Assembly (NCBI GenBank): GCA_963755455.1
Contig: CAVWJH010000004.1
Coordinates: 18,076-82,075, forward strand
Length of the DNA: 64,000 bases
Source: an uncultured Verrucomicrobiae bacterium
Lineage (GTDB): Bacteria; Verrucomicrobiota; Verrucomicrobiia; Limisphaerales; UBA11358
Reading direction: 5' to 3'
Positions within the stretch are counted from its first letter, which is position 1, and each line of letters begins with the position of its first letter. Below, piece after piece: positions 32,411 to 49,416 of the stretch. The position numbers and the translations under genes were made by a program. A model generated the notes under the pieces. The model was not told the DNA's origin, made no database searches, and worked only from the letters and a program-made list of their open reading frames with translations.

Positions 32411-32650
32411 TCAAGCGACAAGCACGCGCGCGGAAAGAATTTCATCTTCGCGCAACGGTTCGAGCGACGTTTTGGAAACGGCGGTGACGGCGATGGTGTC
32501 GCCGACCGCATTGAAAACCTCGATGGAATAACCTTCGCTGCCGTCGGGCGCGACGTGATGGTCAACAAGTTTGACGACATCGCCGCGCTTGAGCTTGTGC
32601 TCCGGCACGTCGCAGGTCAGAACCGCGTCTGTGTAGAGTTCAAATTTCAT
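32411..32650 (-). CDS. DUF4926-like small protein
   Basis: D.PEH.LKRGD...V...EGYS.EVFNA.G.TIAV pattern. Confidence 0.75.
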   Translation of the reverse strand: MKFELYTDAVLTCDVPEHKLKRGDVVKLVDHHVAPDGSEGYSIEVFNAVGDTIAVTAVSKTSLEPLREDEILSARVLVA

Positions 32651-32977
32651 GTCGTCTTTGACTTGTCTGGCAACAAGGTAACAAAGCGGACGTTGCCTTG
32701 CAAGTGCTCGCGTATCCAGATGGTTTTCACGCGCAGCGAGACGCCGTTCGGTCCGCGCAAGATTCCGCGTATCTCAAAAAGGTCGCCAAATTTTGTGAAG
32801 CCGGCAGGTGTCGCATCGAGCGGAAGAATTTGAGAACGGATGTCTTCAATCAGACGTTCCGCATCTTCGATGGAATAACCGGCCCGTGAAAGAAATTTGG
32901 ATTTGCCACCTCGCGGAAGTGGAACAAGCAAATACGCGTCAACTTCGGCAAAGCAATTTCGCTGTCGGCGGGAAGTT

Positions 32978-32981
<4 letters not shown>
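32647..32981 (-). CDS. DUF6883-like protein (frameshifted), TA-like pair with DUF4926
   Basis: KLT.YLL....GGKSKF...GY, GPNG...VKTIW, RFVTL; ATG overlaps the gcvP stop. Confidence 0.65.
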
Positions 32982-35871
<2,890 letters not shown>

Positions 35872-35912
35872 TCGCAGAAAATAAAGTTCGCGCGCGGAAA
35901 AAGCGAGTCAAA

Positions 35913-36015
35913 GTAGGGCAGGCGTCCCGCCTGCCTGCGTCGGCGAAGCCGAAGCGGCGTAATTTTTAATGCTCACACTGAAGCGCTCGCTGCGCAGGCG
36001 AGACGCCTGCGCTAC
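35913..36015. repeat. REPIN-like inverted pair of GTAG REP hairpins
   Basis: GTAG-GGCAGGCG-TCC-CGCCTGCC and inverted GTAG-CGCAGGCG-TCT-CGCCTGCG; the latter supplies the recQ TAG stop. Confidence 0.8.
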
Positions 36016-38255
36016 GTTTTTTGCAATGCGGCGCGCACGAGGCGGCATTCGCCATAGCCGTATCTGCCGCCAAGCGATTCGACCACGCCGACGAGATTGC
36101 CAAAGCCGTGTTTTTTGAATGCCGCTGCGATATCGCGCTGCGCGGCGGCGGAAACCAAAGTGTTCACGTCAATGTTTTCGCCCGCGAGCATCGCTTCTTC
36201 GAGATGACTGTAAATCGTGCTGTCTTTGAAACCGCGAATGCGCGCAATTTCAGAAACCGTTTTGCCCTGCCGGAAAAAATGCAGCGTTTCGCGCGTTGTG
36301 TCGGTGAGCCGCGAACGGCGCGGGACAGGCGTCGCGCCTGTTTCACTAAATGAATCGTCCGCGAAAATCTGGCGCGGATTCGATTGCAAATGCGCGGCGA
36401 TTTCGCGCAGGAACATTTCGCCGAACTCGCGCAATTTTTTGTCGCCGACGCCGCTGACGCGCGAAAATTCGGTATCGTTCGCCGGATAAAATCGAGCCAT
36501 TTGCCGCAGCGATACGTCGGAGAAAATAATGTACGGCGGCACGCCGCGTTCGTCGGCAAGTTGTTTGCGCAGCGCGCGCAATTCTTCAAACAACGCCTCG
36601 TCGCAGGCAATTTCGCCCGCGCGATGTCTTTGCGGCTCGGTCGGCGCGACAGGTTTGGTCAACGTGATTTTCTGCCGCGATTTAAGCGCGGCGAGTCCGG
36701 CGTCGGTGATTTCAATGATGCTGAATTTCTCCGTGTTTTGAAAAAGGAAACCGAGCCGGACAAGTTCACGGCCAATTGCGCCCCATTCTGCGCGCGCATG
36801 TTCGCCGCCGATGTTGTAGGTCGAAAGATTTTGGTGTCCGAACTTGCGGATTTTTTCCGTGTCCGCGCCGGTGAGCACTTCGACGACGTGATTGATGCCA
36901 ACGCCAAAACCGCTTTTCTCGCGGATGCGATAGACGCACGAGAGAAATTTTTGCGCGGCGAGCGTGCCGTCGAAAGTTGCGCGCGGCGAAAGGCAATTAT
37001 CGCAGCCGGAGCAATTGATTGAATCGGTAGGGCTGACCTGCTGGTCAGCCTGGACGCGCGGCAGCGCGTCCCTACCAATTTCGTTTGGTGTGAATTTTTC
37101 GCCAAAGTAGCCGAGCAGAAATTCCCGGCGGCAAGTGGCGACTTCGGCGTAATGAATCATCTGCTCCAATTGCGCGCGGGCGATTTCGCGTTCCTGCGGA
37201 TTCGGTTTTTCGTCAATGAACCGCATTTGCTTCACGCGGTCGCCGGGGCTGAACAGCAAAAGACATTCACTTGGCAAACCGTCGCGGCCGGCGCGGCCGG
37301 TTTCCTGATAATAGCCTTCGATGTTTTTCGGCAGATCGTAGTGAATCACGAAACGCACGTTCGGTTTGTTGATGCCCATGCCGAAAGCGATCGTCGCGCA
37401 GACGACGCGCGCTTCGTCGCGGAGAAATTTTTCCTGGTTGCGCGAGCGCCCGTCGCTCTCCATTCCGGCGTGATACGGCAACGCGATGACACCATCCTCG
37501 GAAAGTTTGCGCGCGAGGTCTTCGGTCGTTTTGCGCGCCTGACAATAAATGATTCCGCTTTCGTTTTTGCGCGAGACGATGAACGAAAGAATTTGCTCGT
37601 AAGCGCCGGATTTTGCGGCGACACGATAAGTCAGATTCGGGCGATTGAAACTGGCGACGTAGCACGCGGCGTTTTTCAGATGAAGTTGTTTGACGATGTC
37701 CTCACGCACGCGCTCGGTGGCCGTGGCGGTGAGCGCCATCACGGGACGCCGGGAAATTGTTCGCGCAGAGTTTTGAGCTGCCGATATTCCGGCCGGAAAT
37801 CGTGTCCCCATTCGCTGACGCAATGCGCCTCGTCAATCGCGAAGAGATTCACGTTCCATTTTTTCAAGTCGTCGAGGAATCCGGACAGCATCAACCGCTC
37901 CGGCGCGACGTAGAGCAGACGGAATTCGCCGTTGTGCAACCCGCGCAAACGCGGACGCGACTCGCCGGCGGCGAGCGAAGAATTCAAAAATGTCGCAGCG
38001 ACTCCGGCGGCTTGCAGCGCGTCCACCTGGTCTTTCATCAGCGCGATGAGCGGCGAGACGACGACGGTGAGTCCCGGGCCGCACAAGCGCGGGCAGTTGG
38101 AAACAGAGGGACTTGCCGCCGCCGGTCGGCAGCACGGCGAAAACGTCGTTGCCGGCGAGCGAGTCGCGGATGATTTCCTCCTGCAACGGACGGAACGAAC
38201 TGAAGCCGAAAAATTGTTTCAGCGGCGCGAGCAGTTCTTCGCGTTGAAGTTGCAC
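36012..38255 (-). CDS. recQ: DNA helicase RecQ (frameshifted near the 5' end)
   Basis: [25 protein letters not shown] Zn site, HRDC domain. Confidence 0.95.
37026..37076. repeat. 51-bp REP doublet in-frame inside recQ
   Basis: GGTAG-GGCTGACC-TGCT-GGTCAGCC-T-GGACGCGC-GGCA-GCGCGTCC-CTACC. Confidence 0.85.
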
Positions 38256-38305
38256 GCGCGGAGAATGACAAAAAGAATTGCCGTAAAAAAGTGCAAAGAA
38301 TTTAA

Positions 38306-41115
<2,810 letters not shown>

Positions 41116-41149
41116 AATTTTTTGAACAAAACATTGACAATGTAGTCAC

Positions 41150-41519
41150 ATGAGACTACATTTGCGCATGAAGAAACAAAAACCATTATACAGGCGGCGA
41201 ATGCGGCCTTTGAAAATGAAAGCTGAAACAACAGAACCCATGGTTATGCGCGAAGTTGCGCGTTGCCGGGCATTGGACGAAATCATCAGTGTCCGTGCGG
41301 CAAAAGCTCACTTGTCGGCGCTGCTCGAATTGGTGGCGGGCGGGCGCGAAATCACGATCACGAGCGATGGCAAGCCGAAGGCCAGGCTGATCAAGGCAGA
41401 AAACCCGCGAGCCTGGAAAAGTTTTTCAGGGCATGGGTGATTTCCTGATGAAGCAGCCGATTCATGGCGGGCCGACGGCGGATGAAATCATTCGCGCCGA
41501 ACGGGATTCGCGCCCGTAA
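41150..41519 (+). CDS. Phd/YefM-family antitoxin (frameshifted)
   Basis: ISVRAAKAHLSALLELV..G.EITITSDGKPKARL. Confidence 0.75.
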
Positions 41520-41523
41520 TTTG

Positions 41524-41966
41524 ATGTATCTGGACAGCTGCCATCATCTCAAAATTGCTGGTCCGCGAGGAGGACAGCGAATGGTTCGATACAACCTTGC
41601 GGGCGAGCCAGCTATGGTACGTCCGAACTGTCGCTTGCGGAAGTGCATTCGGCCATTGCTGCATCAAAGAACGAGCCGGACACATTTCCGCGGCTGAACG
41701 AAAGAGCGCCATCGCCCGTATTTCAATGGATGCACGACACCGAACAATTGCGGTTTCATCCGCTGAACCGGCTGTGTTGCCGAACGCGCCGCCGATTTAC
41801 TTGTGAATTGCCATCCGGACGTTGCCGTTGCGTTCGCTGGACGCGATTCATGTGGCGACCGCGCTGCATTATGTGCCGTGGATCCGCTGATGCGCGACCG
41901 ACCGGCGAAATGCGCGCGGCGGCTCAACGCATTGGATTGCCCTGTTTTCCAGACGAACTATTCTGA
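41524..41966 (+). CDS. PIN/VapC toxin (frameshifted)
   Basis: MYLDS start; LRSLDAIHVATA in one frame; AAQRIGL end. Confidence 0.72.
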
Positions 41967-41990
41967 AATGATCCAAACTTCAAATTAAAA

Positions 41991-44630
41991 ATGCCTGACG
42001 AAAACAAATCCAAAGACCCGAACGAATTGCCGGTGAGCAACACGCCGTTGTTCGCCGCGAACGAAAAAATCGCGAAGATCAATGTCGCGGACGAAATCAA
42101 AAATTCGTTCCTCGATTATTCCATGTCCGTGATCATTTCGCGCGCGTTGCCCGATGTGCGCGACGGCTTGAAACCTTCGCAACGCCGCATCCTTTACGCG
42201 ATGCACGAGCTTGTCGCTCTTTCCCGGACGCAAGCCTTACAAGTGCGCGAAAATCTGCGGCGACACTTCAGCGGCAATTACCATCCGCACGGCGAAGCGG
42301 TGATTTATCCGACGCTCGTCCACATGGCGCAGCCGTGGGCGATGCGCGAGCGGCTCGTGGACGGCAAGGGCAATTTCGGCTCCATCGAGGACGATCCGCC
42401 GGCAGCGATGCGTTACACCGAGGCGCGGCTAACGCATCTCGGCGCGGCGCTGATGCAGGACATGGACCGGGACACGGTGGATTTCGTCCCGAACTACGAC
42501 GAGCGCATGACCGAGCCGACGGTTTTTCCGGCGGCGTTTCCGAACCTGCTCGTCAACGGCGGCACCGGCATCGCCGTCGGCATGGCCACGAACATGCCGC
42601 CGCACAATCTTGGCGAAGTGATTGACGGCATTTGCGCGCAGATTGACAACCCGGAGATCACCATCGCGCAGTTGATGAAATTCATCAAAGGCCCGGATTT
42701 TCCGACCGGCGGGATGATTCTCGGCGTCGAGGGAATCAAGAATTATTTCACGACCGGCAAGGGCAGCGTGAAATTGCGCGGGCGCGTCGGCTCGGAGGAA
42801 ATTGAAGCGGCAACCGCGAGCAGCTTGTCATCACGGAAATTCCGTTCAACGTCAACCGCGCGGCGCTTGAGGAAAAAATCGCCGAGTTGGTGAACGAAAA
42901 AGTCATCACGGAAATCTCCGCGATGCGCAACGAGTCCGACGAGAACACGCGGCTCGTGATGGAACTCAAGCGCGACGGCAATCCCAAGGTCGTCATCGCC
43001 AATCTTTACAAGCACACGCAGCTGGAGGTTTCGTTCAGCGTCAACGCGCTCGCGATTGACCACGGCAAGCCGAAGACGCTCACGCTCAAGGAAATGATCC
43101 AGTGCTACATCGAGCATCGCCGCGAAGTCGTTTTGCGCCGCACGCGCTTTGAATTGAAGAAAGCCGAAGAACGCGCCGAGTTGCTCGAAGGTTATCTCAT
43201 CGCGCTGGCGAACCTCGACGAATTCATCGCCATCATCCGCAAATCCAAAACGCGCGAGGAAGCGCGCGTGAAACTGCTCGCGTTCGAGTGGACGCAGAAA
43301 CAGGTCGAGCGCTGGGGCATTTTGATCCGCAGCGAAACGCGGCTCGACGCGGGCCGTTACGCGCTGACCGAGCGGCAGGTGGACGCGATTCTGGAATTGC
43401 GTTTGTATCAACTGACCGCGCTGGAAATTGACAAGGTCGAGGGCGAATACAAGGAACTGCTCGAACGCATCAAGGATTTGCTCGACATTCTCGCGAAAGA
43501 ATCGCGCGTGATGACCATCATCAAAGACGGAGCTGAAAGTCATCAAAGAAAAATACGCCACGCCGCGCAAGAGCCAGATCGTTCCCGACGAAGGCGAGAT
43601 CGCCATCGAAGATTTGATCGTCAACGAAGGCGTCATCATCACGCTCACGCACAACGGACTCATCAAGCGCACGAATGTATCCAGCTACCGCTCGCAACGG
43701 CGCGGCGGCAAGGGCGTCATCGGCATGACCACACGCGAAGCCGCCACCGACGAGGACAAGGATTTCATCGAGCATCTTTTCACCGCGAGCACGCACGATT
43801 ATCTGATGTTCTTCACGAACACCGGGCGCGTCTATGTCGAGCGCGTCCACGAAATTCCCGACATGGGCCGCGCCGCGAAAGGCCGGAGCATCGCAAATCT
43901 GCTCGAATTGAAAGCCGGTGAAAACGTCGCCGCGCTGATTCGCGTTCTTTCAAAAACAAATGCGGACAAGGAAGACATCACCTGGGAACAAGCAGGTTAT
44001 GTTTTCTTCGCGACAAAACAGGGCACGGTGAAGAAAACCGCGCTCGCCGATTTCGCGAACGTCCGCAAAGGCGGCATCATCGCCATCGGCATTGACCAAG
44101 GTGACAACCTGATCGAAGTGAAGCTCACGACCGGCAAGAGCGAAGTCGTGCTCATCACGCGCGACGGCATGAGCATCCGTTTCAACGAGGAAGACGCGCG
44201 CCCGATGGGCCGTCCCGCCGGCGGCGTGCGCGGCATCAATCTTTACAAGGGCGACGCTGTGGTCGCGCTTGCGATTGTCGTTTCCGATGCAAAACTTCTG
44301 GTTGCCGGTGAAAACGGCATCGGCAAGCGCACGGACTTCGAGGAATACCGTATCCAGTCGCGCGGCGGCAAGGGCATCATCACGATGAAGACGAACGAGA
44401 AAACCGGCGCGGTTGTCGGCGCGCTGACGGTTCGCGACAACGACGAAATCATGCTCATCACGTTCAAAGGCCAGATGGTCCGCATTTCCGTGAACGGCAT
44501 CCGCGAAGCCGGCCGCAACACTCAAGGCGTGAAATTGATCAACCTGGAATCCGGCGACAAACTCCAGGCCATCGCGCCCGTCATCGGCGAGGACAAGGAA
44601 GATTCCGCAGTCGAGGAGCCGCCCAAGTAA
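41991..44630 (+). CDS. gyrA: DNA gyrase subunit A (frameshifted)
   Basis: SRALPDVRDGLKP, YHPHG, AAMRYTE, GyrA box QRRGGKG. Confidence 0.95.
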
Positions 44631-44987
44631 ATCCCCGCGCTGGACGATATTGCCCTCTGTCCCTGCGGCGACCCGGCCAACGCCCCGATCCGCGCCGAGT
44701 CCAAGCTGCCGGCGGACCGCTCACTGAAGTAAATTTGAAGGCTACCTTTGGTTCCGCCAACAAGATTTGAGCCGGGACAAGGAATATCCCATGAGTGAAA
44801 CCTCAAACCTCAAGTTGAAATTGATTTGAGTCTTAAACCCACGCCAGCATTTTTCTGAAAAAAAATTCAGAAAGGCAAATGCGGTCTTGGCTTGCCTGTG
44901 AATTTCGTGCTAAACTGAACCCCATTTGTTGCCGGGGTTGTTCATGTTTGACTTCCTCAAGGTGAGATAAATCACAAGTTGGAAACG

Positions 44988-45743
44988 ATGACAAAGCATA
45001 TATTAGCCATATTCGCATCCGCCATTTTTGCCGGAAGCTGTTTCGGCATTGCGGTCGCCCAGACCAATTCGCCCGCCGCCATGGAAACCAACCTGCCGCC
45101 CAAGTGGGAAGGCACCGTTGCGCTCGGCCTCACCGCGACTGCGGGCAACAGCGACAGCGTGATGTTCACCGGAAAGATTCAAGCCCACAGGAAATCGCCG
45201 TTGAACGAGTTCACTTTGGGCGGAGACGCAGCCTACGGCGAAACGGATTCCATAAAAAACAATGAAACCCTGCACGGCTTCGGGCAATACAACCACCTGT
45301 TCAGCGACCGCTGGTATGGTTATGCGCACGCCGAAGCGCTGCACGACGGCATCGCGGACGTGAAATACCGCTTCACCTTCAGCCCCGGCGCGGGATATTA
45401 CTTCATCAAGACACCGCAAACATCGCTCGCGGGCGAGTCCGGCCCCGGCGTCCTGTATGAAAAACTGGACGGCGGATACAACACCTATGCCACGCTGCGC
45501 CTGGCCGAACGCTTTGAACACAAATTCGACGCTCACGCGCGCCTCTGGCAAAACGTGGAAGTTCTTCCCGAAGTTGACCAGCCGGATAATTTTCTGATCA
45601 ACTTTGAAATCGGCGTGGAAACCCCGCTCACACATAAAATCAGCCTGCAAGTTTATGTGGACGATAATTTCGCGAACGAACCCGCACCCGGACACAAGGA
45701 CAACGACGCGAAACTGGTCAGCGGACTGGTCTATAAATTTTAA
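44988..45743 (+). CDS. DUF481/YdiY-like outer-membrane beta-barrel protein
   Basis: Signal peptide, WEG.VALG.T..AGNS, C-terminal LVYKF beta-signal. Confidence 0.78.
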   Translation: MTKHILAIFASAIFAGSCFGIAVAQTNSPAAMETNLPPKWEGTVALGLTATAGNSDSVMFTGKIQAHRKSPLNEFTLGGDAAYGETDSIKNNETLHGFGQYNHLFSDRWYGYAHAEALHDGIADVKYRFTFSPGAGYYFIKTPQTSLAGESGPGVLYEKLDGGYNTYATLRLAERFEHKFDAHARLWQNVEVLPEVDQPDNFLINFEIGVETPLTHKISLQVYVDDNFANEPAPGHKDNDAKLVSGLVYKF

Positions 45744-46444
45744 GGCGCGATCCGTTCCAGTTTCCAGAAATTGTCCGGTTGTTTTGTATATTGAAAACGA
45801 TCGTGCAGCCGGCTGGGACGGCCCTGCCAGAATTCAATCCGCTCCGGCTTCAGCACGAAACCGCCCCAGTTTGGCGGCAACGGAACGTCGTTCGGAAATT
45901 TCCTTTCCATTTCATTCCACTTCGCTTCGAGCGCGGCGCGGTCGGCGGCAACATCGCTTTGATTTGAAGCCCAGGCCGCCAGCCGGCTGCCGCGCGGTCG
46001 CGATTTGAAATACGTTTCCGATTCTTCACGCGAAATTTTTTCAACCGGACCGGCCACGCAAATTTGCCGCTCCAATTCCGGCCAGTAAAATGTCAGCGCG
46101 GCGTTGGGATTTTCTGCAAGTTCATTTCCTTTTCGGCTGTCATAATTTGTAAAGAAAATGAAGCCGCGAGCGTCCACGCCTTTTAGCAAAACATTTCGCG
46201 ATGAAGGCCGCCCGTTTTTGTCCACGGTTGAAAGCACCATCGCGTTCACGTCCGCCGGGGAACGGCCAAGAATAGCCTGCCAGAGTTTGTAAAGTGCGAC
46301 GCCGATTTTCAGCCAGCGGCTGCCCGCCTGCGCCACGGACGCCTGCGCGAACCAGACATCGAACTGCGCCAGCGGATCCGCTTCCAAATCCGTGCGTTCC
46401 AGATGAGCGCGCTGATATTCCCGCCTGATGTCCGCAATCGCCAT
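45740..46444 (-). CDS. pdxH: Pyridoxamine 5'-phosphate oxidase
   Basis: R.VLLK, FFTNYDSRK, EFWQGRPSRLHDR. Confidence 0.95.
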   Translation of the reverse strand: MAIADIRREYQRAHLERTDLEADPLAQFDVWFAQASVAQAGSRWLKIGVALYKLWQAILGRSPADVNAMVLSTVDKNGRPSSRNVLLKGVDARGFIFFTNYDSRKGNELAENPNAALTFYWPELERQICVAGPVEKISREESETYFKSRPRGSRLAAWASNQSDVAADRAALEAKWNEMERKFPNDVPLPPNWGGFVLKPERIEFWQGRPSRLHDRFQYTKQPDNFWKLERIAP

Positions 46445-46462
46445 AACAATTGAATTTGAACC

Positions 46463-47110
46463 TCAAAACTTTCGAATCGGAAATACGGGGTGAAATCGCG
46501 CTAGTTTTTTGCGCGTTCTTGCCAAACTTAACGAATGAGATTCGGCTACCCTTGCGCGCCATGATCCAGAATGCAAAAAATCCGACAGCCGACCATTGTA
46601 ATCCGGCCCAGTTTTTCGATAGTCGCCAGGCAGAGGAACTAAATCGTCACGCAAACTTCGCTTCCGTGATTTTTTTGCGAGGCCTAACAGAAATTCTTTT
46701 GGGTTCGGAATGCTGTCAGTTTGGACGGGAATTTTGCTGACTGCAATGCCCAGAAAAGCTGCGAATGCTTCGCGGTCTGCCATTATCCAAGACTCAACTT
46801 CACGAACCGCAATCTGAAACAATAGGTTTTGAGTTCGATATTTCGGAAAGTCAGCGACCGAACAATTGAACCAATCTTCAATTAAAACCGACGCGCAAGG
46901 TTTGTCGTCAAGGTCGGTGAAAATAAAATAGGCCACACCTTTTGCCGCGTTGTTGAAAGCTAAAAGATTTTTCTTCAAATAGCCGCTGCCTTGTTTTCCA
47001 CGAACAACTCCTATTTGATAACCGCGTCCGCTTTGAGCGAGCAAAACACGGAGCATTTGCTCGCCGAGTTCGTCTTCAACCGCAAGGTTAATGTGAATGC
47101 CATTTGCCAT
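46463..47110 (-). CDS. TOPRIM-like DUF4276-type protein
   Basis: AVED, TDLD and REVESWIMAD acidic motifs; coupled to the ATPase gene. Confidence 0.7.
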   Translation of the reverse strand: MANGIHINLAVEDELGEQMLRVLLAQSGRGYQIGVVRGKQGSGYLKKNLLAFNNAAKGVAYFIFTDLDDKPCASVLIEDWFNCSVADFPKYRTQNLLFQIAVREVESWIMADREAFAAFLGIAVSKIPVQTDSIPNPKEFLLGLAKKSRKRSLRDDLVPLPGDYRKTGPDYNGRLSDFLHSGSWRARVAESHSLSLARTRKKLARFHPVFPIRKF

Positions 47111-48276
47111 TAGAATTGGAGAAGCATTTGATTGGCGTCGCGAGCAAATGTTTTTGGAATGACGGCATCAGCGATGCTCATACCGCTGCTTAAAAGCGCA
47201 TTTATTTCCGCGTCGGTTGAAGCTGGTTCGATTCTGGTGCAACCATCTTTGCTGGGAATAAGCATCAATACTTCCCGCGGATCAATACCGCGGGGCTGCA
47301 ATAAAACTTCACTGTGAGTGCTTAAAATAACTTGCCGTTTGCCGCTTTTAGTTTTCTGCAGACGATGGATCAATTGAGCCAACTGCTCAACAATTCCTTT
47401 ATGCAATGATAATTCCGGTTCTTCCAACAACAAAAGCGAATCTCCGGAAAGCAGTGACCACAACAATCCAATCAGCCGCAAAGTTCCATCAGAAAGTTGA
47501 TCTTCGCGCTGATTGCTTGGAAATCCGCGCCAATGGTTAAATTGCACTTGCAAATGAGGAACACCTGTTGATGCATCTTGTCTGAAACTTAAGTTCTTAA
47601 ATTGAGGAACAACCCTTTCCAAAGCGCGGTCAATTTTGCGAAGTTTGGCATCGCGGCTTCCTCGTGTGGTTTTTGCAACACTTTCCAAAAAGTCCATTCC
47701 GAATGGGTCGCCAGCCAGTTTCTTGCCACGAAACGCTTCTGGAAACCTGATAAGTTGCGGCACTAGATGCAGATACTGCACCTGTTGGAAGAAACTGACT
47801 ATCTCTCGAAATTCCGAATTCGCGCTAACTTGTTCCAGAAAAGTTTGTGTCAAGCGTTTGGGGTCTCTTCGATCATCTGCGTTGGGTCTCGTGAACAGCG
47901 GCTCCGTCTCGCCATCCCTCCAGACAGTCTCATGTATCAAATAAGGCTCGCGAGAACCACGTTGCTCCTTGATGCCAATTGCATATTTCCAAGCAAACCT
48001 TTTTGCGCCAGGCGACTTCAATTCAACCATTATGCCAATATCCGTTTCCTTGCGTGCCGAAAGACATCGGATTTTGGGAACGCCGCCACGTTGATTGATG
48101 GCTTCTTGAAGCCCGCCACGCGGCAATGCGAGATCGCGCAAAAATTTGAAAACGTCGAGAAAGTTTGATTTGCCGGCGGCGTTTGGCCCGACCACAAAAA
48201 CTCTTTCGGTTAAATCAATATCTTTGACCGTTTCAAAATTTCTCCAATTTTTTAGGCTGAACTTTGAAATAATCAC
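47110..48276 (-). CDS. ABC-type (AAA_21/AAA_15) ATPase
   Basis: GPNAAGKS, LSDGT, LLLEEPE, STHS. Confidence 0.88.
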   Translation of the reverse strand: MIISKFSLKNWRNFETVKDIDLTERVFVVGPNAAGKSNFLDVFKFLRDLALPRGGLQEAINQRGGVPKIRCLSARKETDIGIMVELKSPGAKRFAWKYAIGIKEQRGSREPYLIHETVWRDGETEPLFTRPNADDRRDPKRLTQTFLEQVSANSEFREIVSFFQQVQYLHLVPQLIRFPEAFRGKKLAGDPFGMDFLESVAKTTRGSRDAKLRKIDRALERVVPQFKNLSFRQDASTGVPHLQVQFNHWRGFPSNQREDQLSDGTLRLIGLLWSLLSGDSLLLLEEPELSLHKGIVEQLAQLIHRLQKTKSGKRQVILSTHSEVLLQPRGIDPREVLMLIPSKDGCTRIEPASTDAEINALLSSGMSIADAVIPKTFARDANQMLLQF

Positions 48277-48317
48277 GAGTTGAGAATACTTGTCTTAACC
48301 GGACGCCGCAATTGGAT

Positions 48318-49414
48318 TCAAAGCACCAATTTCAAGACATTCAAGCTCCGCTCGTTTTCCTGCGGCGTGCCGACGGAAATGCGGATCCATTCCGGCAATT
48401 GATAGCCGCCCATCGGACGCGACAATCACGCCCTGCTTTTGCATCGCCTCAAAAACTTTCTGCCCTTCGCCGACGCGCACCAGAATGAAATTGGCGGACG
48501 ACGGGACGTATTCCAATTTCAAATCGCGGAACGCGCGGCTGAAAAATTCCAGCCCGGCGAAATTGTTCTGCGCGCGTTTTGCGGACGTGCTCGTCGTCGT
48601 CCAGCGCGGCGAGCGCGGCGGTTTGCGCGAGCAGGTTGACGTTGAACGGCTGGCGGATTTTTTCCAGCGCGGAAATCAAGTTCAGGATTTGCAATGCCGT
48701 AGCCGATGCGCAAACCGGCCAGGCCGTAAATTTTTGAGAACGTCCGCATCAAAATCAGATTCTTCCGCGCGCCGAGCCGGATGAGCGGAACCAAATCCAC
48801 CGCGTCGTCCAGAAATTCGATGTAAGCCTCGTCCATCACCAGCAGCACGTCGTCGGGAACTTCGATTCACGAATTGAATGACTTCCTCGCGCGGCGCGAG
48901 CGTGCCGGTGGGATTGTTCGGGTTCGCCACGAAAACAATCCGCGTGTTCGGCGTGATGGCGCTGCAGCATCGCGGGCAGATCGTGTCCGTGATTTTTTGC
49001 CGGAACGGTGATGACGTTCGCGCCGAACATTTTTGCGACGATGGGATAAATGGCGAAGCAGAATTGCGAAACGACAACGTCGTCGCCCGGCGCAAGCAGC
49101 GCGTGCGCGACGAACTCGATGATTTCGTTCGAGCCGTTGCCGAGAACCAGATTCGCCGGCTCGACGCCAAGTTTCGCCGCGAGTTTTTGTTTCAGATAAA
49201 ACGCGTTGCCGTCGGGATAAAGATTCACGCCGGCAATCGCCTTTTGCATCGCGGCGAGCGCGAGCGGCGACGGGCCGAACGGATTTTCGTTCGACGCGAC
49301 TTTGATGATCGAATCCGGCGGGCAGATCCGAGTTCGCGCGCGACTTCTTCAATCGGCCGTCCCGGTTGATAAGTCGGCAAAGTTTTCAAAAATGGAGTTA
49401 ATCGGCAGAGACAT
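48318..49414 (-). CDS. hisC: Histidinol-phosphate aminotransferase (frameshifted)
   Basis: [33 protein letters not shown]. Confidence 0.92.
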
Positions 49415-49416
49415 TT

